Assembly: GCA_964474635.1 (NCBI GenBank)
Contig: CAYYTT010000003.1
Span: 20,017-84,016 of the forward strand
Direction of reading: 5' to 3'
DNA: 64,000 nt
From: an uncultured Alphaproteobacteria bacterium
Lineage (GTDB): Bacteria; Pseudomonadota; Alphaproteobacteria; JAJFIK01
Below are positions 37,708-46,773 of this stretch, piece by piece (position 1 is the stretch's first letter; each line of letters opens with the position of its first letter). A program made the position numbers and the translations under genes. Below the pieces are notes generated by a model. The model was not told the DNA's origin. It saw only the letters and a list, made by a program, of their open reading frames with translations, and made no database searches.

Positions 37708-40575
37708 ATGAGAGCATGGAAGAGCGGCGTCTGCACAGCCGCATTGCTCCTGGCAGCTGGGGCAGCCCCGGCCTGGTCCCAGGAGACTGTCACTGAGGAT
37801 GAGTCGACTGAACGCATGACCGTGACCGGCTCGTTCATCTCCGGCACGCCGGAAGATGCCGCGTTGCCGGTGAGTGTGCTGGGTCGGGGGGAGCTGGACG
37901 AGATCGGTGCGCCGAGCCTGAATGAATTGCTCCGGAACATTGGCGCAGCCCAGGGCCTGATCGGTGAAACGAACCAGTTCGACACCCGCGGCGGCCAGGG
38001 CAACGAAGGCGCGACCACGATCAACTTGCGTGGTTTAGGCTCCAACCGGACCCTGGTGCTCTTCAACGGTCACCGTCAGGTCGGCGACGACAACATCGGT
38101 GTGGACGTCAACTCCATCCCGCTGATCGCCGTCGAGCGTCTTGAGATCCTGAAAGACGGCGCGGCAGCCCTGTACGGCTCCGATGCTGTGGCGGGTGTGG
38201 TGAACTTCATTACACGGAATGATTTCGAAGGCATCGAGCTGCGCGGGAACTACCAGTTCATCGAAGATTCCGATGGCGACTGGGACATCGGCGTGCTGGC
38301 CGGCCACAATGGCGAGCTGTGGGGGCGTGAGTTCCAGGTCATGCTGGCCGGTGAATATGGCCGCCGGAGCGAACTGTTCATCAAAGACCGCGACTTTGCT
38401 CTTCGGAGTTTCCCGGAAAACCCTCAAGGCGGTTGGTCCTCGATCGGTAACCCGGGCACGTTTATTCCGTCCAACGGGTTTGCCGGTGGTCTGTTCCCGG
38501 ACCCGAACTGTAACGAGTTGGGCGGCTTCAACGCAGCCGGCTTCTGCCGCTTCCAGTTCACATTCTTCGACAACCTCATCGAAGAAACCGAAACGATCAA
38601 AATCTTCCACACCGGCAGCTACGACTACGCCGACAATCACACGATGGAATGGGAGGCCATGTTCTCCCGCGTCGACCTGCCCGAGTGGAACACCTCGCCG
38701 GCTTATCCCCCGCAGACCTTGCTCGCTCCGGGCAACCAAGTGCTGCCGGATCACCCGGGTCGTCTGGCGTTCTTCGACGAAAACCCGGCTTTCGGCGCGA
38801 ATTTCGATCCCAATGAGCCGATCTTTTTCTGGGGCCGGTACACCGGTGTCGGCGGCATCAACGGCGGTCAGCCGGAAACCAGTCAACGCCTGACCGAACA
38901 GTACCGCGGCAGCGTGTCCTTCTTGGGTACGATCTTCGATGGCAAGCTGAACTATGACATCAGCGGGACATACTCGGTTCGTCGGCGTTCGTTGAATGAT
39001 TTCAACGACACGGCCGTGCAGAACTTCGGCTTTGCACTGCGTGGTCTTGGTGGCCCCAATTGTGATCCCTCGGCGGGCACCCCTGGCGTTGGTCCTTGCG
39101 AGTACTTCAACCCGTTCTCGAACGCGATCGAATCCTCCGCAGTCACCGGTCAGGCCAATCCAAACTTCAATCCGGCGGTGTCCAACTCCCCGGAACTGCT
39201 TGCTTGGCTCACCGAGCGCGGCAGCACGGCCGACATCAACCGCCAAGCTGTGATAGACGCGGTGTTCGACGGCGTTCTGCCCTGGGAACTGCCGGGCGGT
39301 GAGATTGGCTTCGCCTTCGGCGGCCAGATCCGGAAGGACTATTACGAGCAGGAGGTCACGGATAACTACAACCTGAACCTGAACCCCTGCCCCTATGATG
39401 ATCCGTTCGCAGTTGAATTGGGTCTGACGCCGACGCTGGATTGCGCAAGCCCCACAGGCCGCTTCGCCTTCCTCGCCGGGACCCTGCCCCAGCAGCTCGA
39501 CCGGAACGTCTATGCGTTGTTCGCTGAATTGGCCCTGCCTCTCACGGACACAATCAATGTGCAGTTGGCGGCTCGCTATGAGGATTACGGCGGGAACGTC
39601 GGTTCCACGCTCGATCCGAAGTTGGCCATCCGCTGGCAGGCTCTGGATTGGCTGGCCATGCGTGGCTCCATCTCGACGACCTTCCGCGGTCCGGGTCTGA
39701 GCCAACTGGGCGGTCGCTTCACCACCCTGTCCTTCATCCCGCCAACGCTTGCCTTTAAAGCGGTGGACACGGTCGGTAACCCGAACCTGCGTCCTGAAAG
39801 TGCGGTGACCACGAATATCGGTGCGTTGTTTGAGTACGGAGCGTTCACGGGGTCCATCGACTACTGGCGCTTTGACTTCAGCGACCCGCTGCAGCTCGAG
39901 GACGAGAACCAGCTGACCAACGCTTACATCGGCAACTCATGTTTCGATGGCGGCGCTGGCGTTGGAACCGAAATCTGTGACTCTCTGCGTCAGCAGATTT
40001 TCCCTACGGGCATCGCGCCTGAGTTCATCGAGCGGATCGAACGTCAGTTCGTCAATGGCGCTGACCTTGTGACCGACGGCATCGATTTCTTCGGTCAGGT
40101 GGACTTCCCGTGGCAGGAGATCGATTTCACCGTCGGGATCCAGGGCACCTACACCATCAGCTTTGAATCCGATGACTTCACCAATGCTGATGGCTTCACA
40201 ATCGCGCAGGGCGGTGACTTTGTGGGTTTCCTGAACGAAGGCACGCCGTTCCAAACCCTGGTCGGCCTCAACGGTAACGTGTTTGCCAAGGCACGCTGGA
40301 AGAACCACTTCCTGCAGTTCGTGGCCCGTTATGTGTCCTCCTTTGAAGACACGAACGCGCCATCCATCCCCGAACTTGCCAACATTGAGAGCTTCACGAC
40401 CTACGATCTCTACTACACGCTGGACCTGTTCGATGGCAGCACGCGGCTCAATCTGTCGATCTTCAACCTGACGGATAATGACCCGCCCTCCGTGTCGAAC
40501 GATGTGAACTTCGACCCCTTCACCCATTCGCCCTTCGGCCGGATGATCAAGATCGGGTTCATCCAGCAGTTCTGA
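37708..40575 (+). CDS. TonB-dependent outer-membrane receptor
   Basis: Signal peptide, TonB box/plug (ERMTVTGS), long beta-barrel, C-terminal aromatic residue (QQF). Start taken at ATG 37708 by position; not checked against the sequence. Confidence 0.85.
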   Translation: MRAWKSGVCTAALLLAAGAAPAWSQETVTEDESTERMTVTGSFISGTPEDAALPVSVLGRGELDEIGAPSLNELLRNIGAAQGLIGETNQFDTRGGQGNEGATTINLRGLGSNRTLVLFNGHRQVGDDNIGVDVNSIPLIAVERLEILKDGAAALYGSDAVAGVVNFITRNDFEGIELRGNYQFIEDSDGDWDIGVLAGHNGELWGREFQVMLAGEYGRRSELFIKDRDFALRSFPENPQGGWSSIGNPGTFIPSNGFAGGLFPDPNCNELGGFNAAGFCRFQFTFFDNLIEETETIKIFHTGSYDYADNHTMEWEAMFSRVDLPEWNTSPAYPPQTLLAPGNQVLPDHPGRLAFFDENPAFGANFDPNEPIFFWGRYTGVGGINGGQPETSQRLTEQYRGSVSFLGTIFDGKLNYDISGTYSVRRRSLNDFNDTAVQNFGFALRGLGGPNCDPSAGTPGVGPCEYFNPFSNAIESSAVTGQANPNFNPAVSNSPELLAWLTERGSTADINRQAVIDAVFDGVLPWELPGGEIGFAFGGQIRKDYYEQEVTDNYNLNLNPCPYDDPFAVELGLTPTLDCASPTGRFAFLAGTLPQQLDRNVYALFAELALPLTDTINVQLAARYEDYGGNVGSTLDPKLAIRWQALDWLAMRGSISTTFRGPGLSQLGGRFTTLSFIPPTLAFKAVDTVGNPNLRPESAVTTNIGALFEYGAFTGSIDYWRFDFSDPLQLEDENQLTNAYIGNSCFDGGAGVGTEICDSLRQQIFPTGIAPEFIERIERQFVNGADLVTDGIDFFGQVDFPWQEIDFTVGIQGTYTISFESDDFTNADGFTIAQGGDFVGFLNEGTPFQTLVGLNGNVFAKARWKNHFLQFVARYVSSFEDTNAPSIPELANIESFTTYDLYYTLDLFDGSTRLNLSIFNLTDNDPPSVSNDVNFDPFTHSPFGRMIKIGFIQQF

Positions 40576-40600
40576 TCGGACGAACGACACACCTGACAAC

Positions 40601-40637
40601 GGCAGGCCCCGGAGCGATCCGGGGCCTGCTTTTTTAT
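40601..40637 (+). terminator. Rho-independent terminator
   Basis: caggccccgg-agcgat-ccggggcctg hairpin followed by TTTTTTAT, 26 nt after the receptor stop codon. Confidence 0.75.
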
Positions 40638-40773
40638 GTGAACGGCGGATCCGTGCGGCACGAAAGCGCTCACACCAGGAGCGTTTGGCGGGGCCGGCGG
40701 CCTTGGGCTAGGCTTCAGGGCAGTGGGAGATTTGGGCCCCGCGACCGGGGCCGGCTGGGGAGACGACGCCGCC

Positions 40774-42585
40774 ATGACCAAGACCGCAGACACCGCCTTT
40801 GACCCGAATGCCTTGCGCTCGAAATACCGCCAGGAGCGGGACAAGCGCCTGCGCCAGGACGGCAACGACCAATATGTGGAGGTAAAGGATCAGTTCGCGC
40901 ACTATGTGGACGATCCGTATGTGGACGCCCCCCTCACCCGCGCGCCCCTCACCGATGAGGTCGACGTGGTCGTGGTCGGCGGCGGTTTCGGCGGGCTGCT
41001 TGCGGGCGCGCGGCTGCGCCAGGCCGGTGTGGAGAGCATCCGGCTGATCGAGAAAGGTGCCGATTTCGGCGGCACCTGGTACTGGAACCGTTATCCGGGC
41101 GCGGCCTGTGACGTGGAATCCTACATCTACCTGCCGCTTCTGGAGGAAACGGGCTACATGCCCGTGGAGAAATACACCCGCGCCCGGGAAATCTTGGAAC
41201 ACAGCCGGCGCATCGCACGGCATTTCAATCTCTATACGAATGCCTGCCTTCAGACCGAAGTCACCGAAACCCGTTGGGACGAGGAAACGGGTCACTGGGT
41301 GATCCACACCAATCGCGGCGACCGCATGCGCGCGCGCTTCCTGGTGATGTCGAACGGTCCCCTGCACCGGCCCAAACTGCCCGGCATTCCCGGCATCGAG
41401 ACCTTTAAAGGCCACAGTTTCCATACGAGCCGCTGGGACTACGACTACACCGGCGGGGGCCCGGACGGGGGCCTCGACAAGCTGTCGGGCAAGCGGGTTG
41501 GGATCATCGGCACGGGCGCCACGGCGGTCCAGTGCGTGCCCCATCTCGCCAAGGGCGCGCAGCACCTTTATGTCTTCCAGCGGACCCCCTCCTCCATCGA
41601 TGTGCGCAACAATCAGCCGACGGACTGGCAGTGGGCCCAGAGCCTTGAGCCCGGCTGGCACAAGAAGCGCATGGAGAATTTCAATATTCTCGTATCCGGG
41701 GGTTACCAGGCGGAAGATCTCGTCAACGACGGTTGGACGGACATCATCCGTAATCTGCTCTTCCTCGCCGAGCAGGACGCAGGCGCCGGGCTCACGCCCG
41801 AAAAGCTCGCCGAAATTGCCGAACTTGCCGATTTTACCAAGATGGAGCAGATCCGCGGGAGGGTCGCGGCCTTGGTGGCCGACCCCACCGTGGCCGAGGC
41901 GCTCAAGCCCTGGTACCGGCAGTTTTGCAAACGGCCCTGCTTCCACGATGACTATCTCCAGGCCTTCAACCGGCCCAATGTGACCCTTGTGGATACCGAG
42001 GGGCGCGGCGTTCAGAAGGTGACGGAGCATGCCGTAGTCGCCAACGGCAAGACCTACGATCTCGATTGCCTGATTTACGCCACGGGCTTTGAGGTCGGCA
42101 CCAGCTATACGCGCCGGTCGGGCTATGACGTCTTCGGGCGGGGCGGCCAGTCCCTTTCATCGGCCTGGGAAGACGGCGTGCGCAGCCTGCACGGCATCTT
42201 CGTGCATGGCTTTCCGAACCTGTTCGTCATGGGCGGTGCGCAGAGCGGCCTCACCGTCAATTACCCCCATCTGCTCGACGAGCAGAGCAGCCATATCGGC
42301 TATGTCCTCCAGGAAGCCCGCAAGCGCCAGTGGCGCGCCGTGGAAGTGACCGAGGAGGCCGAGGCCGCGTGGGTTCAGAAGGTTCTGGACAAGGCGTTGC
42401 TCCGTACACAGTTCTTCGAGGAATGCACGCCGGGCTACTACAACAATGAAGGCAAGGTCGCCGACCGGAACGGGCAAAGCATGTTCTATGGCGGTGGGTC
42501 CGTGGAGTATTTTGCGATCCTGAACGCCTGGCGCCAGGCCGGCGACCTGCCCGGGATCCAACCGCGCCGCGATTTCAGCCGCTGA
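40774..42585 (+). CDS. Baeyer-Villiger (type I flavin) monooxygenase
   Basis: GGGFGG FAD site. BVMO fingerprint [21 protein letters not shown] site. Confidence 0.85.
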   Translation: MTKTADTAFDPNALRSKYRQERDKRLRQDGNDQYVEVKDQFAHYVDDPYVDAPLTRAPLTDEVDVVVVGGGFGGLLAGARLRQAGVESIRLIEKGADFGGTWYWNRYPGAACDVESYIYLPLLEETGYMPVEKYTRAREILEHSRRIARHFNLYTNACLQTEVTETRWDEETGHWVIHTNRGDRMRARFLVMSNGPLHRPKLPGIPGIETFKGHSFHTSRWDYDYTGGGPDGGLDKLSGKRVGIIGTGATAVQCVPHLAKGAQHLYVFQRTPSSIDVRNNQPTDWQWAQSLEPGWHKKRMENFNILVSGGYQAEDLVNDGWTDIIRNLLFLAEQDAGAGLTPEKLAEIAELADFTKMEQIRGRVAALVADPTVAEALKPWYRQFCKRPCFHDDYLQAFNRPNVTLVDTEGRGVQKVTEHAVVANGKTYDLDCLIYATGFEVGTSYTRRSGYDVFGRGGQSLSSAWEDGVRSLHGIFVHGFPNLFVMGGAQSGLTVNYPHLLDEQSSHIGYVLQEARKRQWRAVEVTEEAEAAWVQKVLDKALLRTQFFEECTPGYYNNEGKVADRNGQSMFYGGGSVEYFAILNAWRQAGDLPGIQPRRDFSR

Positions 42586-42645
42586 ACCAGTGCCGGCCCG
42601 GTCTCGCACCGGGCCGGATCGCTCTCGTTACACGGATCACTCGTG

Positions 42646-44268
42646 TCACATCCGGGCCACGCCGAAGCTGTTGGGCCGGATTTCCCGGCGGCGCGCTTCC
42701 CACACCGTATCAAGGAGAAAGCCGAGGGTTTGGCGGGTCTCCCGCGGGTCGATCATGCCGTCATCGAGCCCCCGGCCGGAGGTGTAAAACGCGCCTGCCT
42801 GGCTGTTGAAATGCTCCGTGAGGTGCTCTTCCTGGGCCTTGAGCCGGTCCTCGTCCACCGCCGCGCCCCGGGCGGCGGCCTGTCCCCGCGCCACGATGGA
42901 CATCACGGTCGCGGCCTGTTCCCCGCCCATAACGCCCGTGGACGCGTTGGGCCACGTGTACAGAAAATCCGGATCATAGCCGCGCCCGCACATGCCGTAG
43001 TTTCCGGCCCCATAGCTTGCGCCGATCATGAAGGTCAGCCGGGGCACGGAGATATTGGTCACCGCCTGGATCATCTTGGAGCCGTGTTTGATCATGCCGC
43101 CCTGTTCATAGATCTTGCCCACGAGGTAACCCGTGGTGTTCTGCAGGAAGACGGCCGGCGTGCCCGCCTGGTCGAGGAGTTGGAGGAACTGGGCCGCCTT
43201 GGTGGCGCCGTCCGGGTCGATGGGGCCGTTATTGCCGATCAGGCCGCACGGATGGCCGAACACCTCGGCCTGCACACAGACCGTCGAGACACCGTAGCGC
43301 GGTTTGAAATCAGTCAGGTCCGAGCCGTCCACGATCCGCGCCATGACTTCGCGCACATCATAGGGCGTGCGGTAGTCCACCGGCACAATGCCGGCGATTT
43401 CGTCCGGGTCATAAGCCGGTTCCCGCACGACGCGGGGCGGGGCTTTCGGGCAAAACCGGTTCCAGCCCAGGCGCGCCACGACCTCGCGGGCCATGCGGCA
43501 GCCCTCGCCATCGTCCTCGGCCAGATATTCCGCAAGCCCTGAGATTTTGGCGTGCATTTCCGCGCCGCCCAAGTCTTCATCCGTGGCGATTTCGCCCGTT
43601 GCGGCCTTCAGCAGCGGCGGGCCGGCGAGGAAGGCCTTGCCCTGCCCCTTCACGGCGATCACGTAGTCGGACAGGCCGGGCATATAGGCCCCGCCCGCCG
43701 TCGACGATCCGTGCAGGACGGAAATGACCGGCAGCCCCTTGGCCGACAGCCGGGCAAGAGCCGCGAACATGCGCCCTCCATCCGTGAAGCCTTGAACGGT
43801 ATAATTGAGAAGATCGCCCCCGGCGCTTTCAACGAGGTGCACAAAAGGCAGGTTCTGCTGGAGCGCGATGTCCTGGGCCCGGCGCAGGCGGTAGACGCCG
43901 GCGGACGTCATGGCGCCTGCCTGGATGCCGCTGTCGTCCACCACAACGGCGCAGCGGGTTCCCTCGATAAATCCAATGCCGGAGAAAATCGTCGAACCGG
44001 GGATCGAGCGCGCCTCGTCGTCCGTGTCCCACAGATAACCGGCAAGATTACCAATCGACAGCCACGGCATCCCCGGATCGAGCAGTCTGGCGAGGCGTTC
44101 GCGGGGCAGCAGCTGGCCCCGGGCCTCAAACCGGTCCTTGCGTTTGGCCGACAGGGCGGGCGCGCGCGCATTCAAATCGCGCAACTTTCCGACAAGGCTC
44201 AGCATGTCTGCCCGGTTCTTTTGATAACCGTCCGACCGGGTCGAAATGCGAGAGGAAAAAACAGTCAT
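42646..44268 (-). CDS. acyl-CoA carboxylase carboxyltransferase (beta) subunit
   Basis: ATG at 44268 with AGGAGGG upstream (track start 44274 is TTG). Twin crotonase-like carboxyltransferase domains, 540 aa. Confidence 0.85.
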   Translation of the reverse strand: MTVFSSRISTRSDGYQKNRADMLSLVGKLRDLNARAPALSAKRKDRFEARGQLLPRERLARLLDPGMPWLSIGNLAGYLWDTDDEARSIPGSTIFSGIGFIEGTRCAVVVDDSGIQAGAMTSAGVYRLRRAQDIALQQNLPFVHLVESAGGDLLNYTVQGFTDGGRMFAALARLSAKGLPVISVLHGSSTAGGAYMPGLSDYVIAVKGQGKAFLAGPPLLKAATGEIATDEDLGGAEMHAKISGLAEYLAEDDGEGCRMAREVVARLGWNRFCPKAPPRVVREPAYDPDEIAGIVPVDYRTPYDVREVMARIVDGSDLTDFKPRYGVSTVCVQAEVFGHPCGLIGNNGPIDPDGATKAAQFLQLLDQAGTPAVFLQNTTGYLVGKIYEQGGMIKHGSKMIQAVTNISVPRLTFMIGASYGAGNYGMCGRGYDPDFLYTWPNASTGVMGGEQAATVMSIVARGQAAARGAAVDEDRLKAQEEHLTEHFNSQAGAFYTSGRGLDDGMIDPRETRQTLGFLLDTVWEARRREIRPNSFGVARM

Positions 44269-44444
44269 GGACAAGCCCTCCTAACGGCCGGATTTCCCAT
44301 GGGCTGGCTGTTATGGCCCCCGGGTGTTTTTTGACGCCCCCGGCAAATTCGCTACGCTCTAAACGAACAAAACCCAGTGTTGACCGCTCACCCCGACGGC
44401 ACAACCGCCAAGTCGATGCTGCAACGCACAAGAGGACACGCCCC

Positions 44445-46151
44445 ATGGCCGCCGCGACGACCCGAGACGAAGCCCTGAAGCGTTTGACCGCGCCGGGGGA
44501 GCCCTATGAACTCATTGACATGTCCCTGTTCGGACAACCGGTGCGGATCTTCAAAAACGGCCCCATGAGCTTGCGCGAGCTCTTTGAGTCGACCCGAAGC
44601 GATCTCGACTTCATCGTGTTCGAGGATGAGCGTTTCACCTTCGAGGAGGCCTGGCAGGCGTCCTGCCGCATCGGCCATCTCCTGGTGCACGACTACGGCA
44701 TCAAAAAGGGGGATCGGGTCGCCATTTCCATGCGGAACTATCCTGAATGGGTGCTCTCCTTCTGTGCCGTGACCTCGATCGGCGCCGTCGCGGTGGCCAT
44801 GAATGCCCTGTGGCAACCCAATGAGATGGCCTATGGCCTGCGCGACAGCGGCACAAAGGTGCTCATCGCCGACCAGGAGCGGGTGGACCGGGCCTTGGAG
44901 GCGGACGATCTGCCGGCGGATCTTCAGATCATCGCGGTGCGCCCGGCCCGCGAGCTGCCGTCCCATATCCGCCGGTTCGACCATGCCCTTGCGGTCATTC
45001 CGCCCTGTCCCATGCCGGCGGCGGAAATCGCGCCGGACGATGACGCAACGATCCTCTACACCTCCGGTTCCACGGGGCATCCCAAGGGTGCCGTATCCTG
45101 CCAGATCAATATCATCAGTGCCCTGCTGTCCTGGGAACTCGATTTCCAGGCCTCGGCCATTACCGGTCTTGTGGAACCGCCCTCGGACGAACCGGGTCCC
45201 CAAGGGGCGGCGCTGCTGGGTGTACCCTTGTTCCATGTGGCCGGCTCCCACGCGGTCTTCCTGGCCTCCTACCGGGCGCAGCGACGCCTTGTCAGCATGT
45301 ACAAATGGGATGTGGAGCGGGGCGCGGAACTCATTGAGCGCGAACGGGTCACCATGTTCGTGGCCACGCCGGCCATCACGGGCGATCTCGTGGCGGCCGC
45401 CCCGCGCCTTAACCGGGATCTGAGTTCCCTCGCCCTGGTCGGCGGTGGAGGGGCGCCCCGCGCACCCGAACAGGTGCGCAATATCGACAAGAATTTCGCC
45501 AATGCCCTGCCCAATACCGGCTGGGGCATGACGGAGACGAACGCCATTGGCACGGGCATCGCTGGCCCCGATTATCTTCAGCGTCCGGAAAGCTCCGGCC
45601 GGGTCGCCGCCGTCCTCGACATTCGCATCGTGGATGAGGCGGGAACGCCCCTGCCGCCCTACAAACGGGGTGAGCTTGAGGTGCGCGGCGCCTCCGTGAT
45701 CCGCGGCTACTGGCAGCGCCCGGATGCCAACGCCGCCACCTTCCATGAGGGCTGGATGCGCACCGGAGATGTGGCCTATCTCGACGACGAAGGCTTCCTG
45801 TTTATCGTCGACCGGATCAAGGATCTGGTGATCCGGGGCGGGGAGAATATCGGCTGCGGCGCCGTGGAGGCGGCCTTGCTTGAACATGCCAATGTGCTCG
45901 AGGCCTGCGTTTACGGCGTGCCGGATGAACGCCTGGGCGAGGAAGTGGGCGCCACGCTCTATGTGGACGCGGCCATCGAACCGGAGGAGTTGCGGGCCTT
46001 TCTGGCGCCCCGCCTCGCCCGCTTTGAAATCCCCCGCTACATGACCTTCAGTTTCGAGCCCCTGCCCCGCACCGCGTCGGGCAAGATCTACAAGCGCCAA
46101 TTGCGCGTCGAGGCGGCCGATCTGCATACCGACAAAGGGGGGCGCGGCTAA
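44445..46151 (+). CDS. AMP-forming acyl-CoA synthetase
   Basis: ATG at 44445. YTSGSTGHPKG motif. C-terminal PRTASGKIYKR motif. Confidence 0.85.
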   Translation: MAAATTRDEALKRLTAPGEPYELIDMSLFGQPVRIFKNGPMSLRELFESTRSDLDFIVFEDERFTFEEAWQASCRIGHLLVHDYGIKKGDRVAISMRNYPEWVLSFCAVTSIGAVAVAMNALWQPNEMAYGLRDSGTKVLIADQERVDRALEADDLPADLQIIAVRPARELPSHIRRFDHALAVIPPCPMPAAEIAPDDDATILYTSGSTGHPKGAVSCQINIISALLSWELDFQASAITGLVEPPSDEPGPQGAALLGVPLFHVAGSHAVFLASYRAQRRLVSMYKWDVERGAELIERERVTMFVATPAITGDLVAAAPRLNRDLSSLALVGGGGAPRAPEQVRNIDKNFANALPNTGWGMTETNAIGTGIAGPDYLQRPESSGRVAAVLDIRIVDEAGTPLPPYKRGELEVRGASVIRGYWQRPDANAATFHEGWMRTGDVAYLDDEGFLFIVDRIKDLVIRGGENIGCGAVEAALLEHANVLEACVYGVPDERLGEEVGATLYVDAAIEPEELRAFLAPRLARFEIPRYMTFSFEPLPRTASGKIYKRQLRVEAADLHTDKGGRG

Positions 46152-46702
46152 CGAAAGCCGCCGCCCGCATCCAGATAGGCCTGTTCCTCGGGCGTTGTGT
46201 CCCGCCCGAGGATATTGTTGCGATGGGGAAAGCGGCCGAAACGGGCGATGGCGTCCCGGTGCGCCCGCCCAAAGCGCACGGCGGCATGATCGCCGAGATG
46301 GGCCGTGAGCAGGGCCACGCCCTCCTCCTGCGCCGCCAGGTCCTCCGCGTGGGTGAAGGGATGGTAGAAAAACTGTCGCCAATCCGGGTCCGGAAAAACC
46401 GCGTCATGGCCCTGTGCGACGGCCGCGCGCGCCAGGGCAAGCGCCTGAGTATCGCCGCTGAACGCTTTCGGCGTCCCGCGAAACAGATTGCGGGTGAACT
46501 GATCGAGCACGATGAGCCGGGCGAGCGACTCCTGCGCCCCGGTGGCCCCGAGCAAGCCACCGCCGGCCACGTGGGACCAGGTGCCTTTGAAGCGGTCCGA
46601 CAGGGCGGCGTCAAAGGCGGGCGTCGCGTTAAACCAGGCGCGGCGGGGTGTGTCTTCAAACCAGAAGGTCAAAATGTCCTGGGGCGACGCCGGATCCGTC
46701 AT
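46148..46702 (-). CDS. DUF924 family protein
   Basis: ATG at 46702. Family call by pattern (WF-rich N-terminus, about 185 aa). Stop overlaps the convergent synthetase stop. Confidence 0.55.
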   Translation of the reverse strand: MTDPASPQDILTFWFEDTPRRAWFNATPAFDAALSDRFKGTWSHVAGGGLLGATGAQESLARLIVLDQFTRNLFRGTPKAFSGDTQALALARAAVAQGHDAVFPDPDWRQFFYHPFTHAEDLAAQEEGVALLTAHLGDHAAVRFGRAHRDAIARFGRFPHRNNILGRDTTPEEQAYLDAGGGFR

Positions 46703-46773
46703 CGCGTCTTCTCCCATTCTTGCCGCCCCTGCCCGATTGGACGCATCATAGCGGGCCAAGGGAGGTCTTGCCC

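Noticed and set aside
38035-39705. 556-aa minus-strand ORF inside the TonB-dependent receptor gene
   Set aside because: Antisense shadow. The receptor frame has plug and barrel motifs and the antisense has none.
40708-42030. 440-aa minus-strand ORF over the BVMO
   Set aside because: Antisense shadow ORF. BVMO fingerprints are on the plus frame.
44388-46382. 664-aa minus-strand ORF over an acyl-CoA synthetase and DUF924
   Set aside because: Antisense shadow spanning two real genes. Low-complexity.
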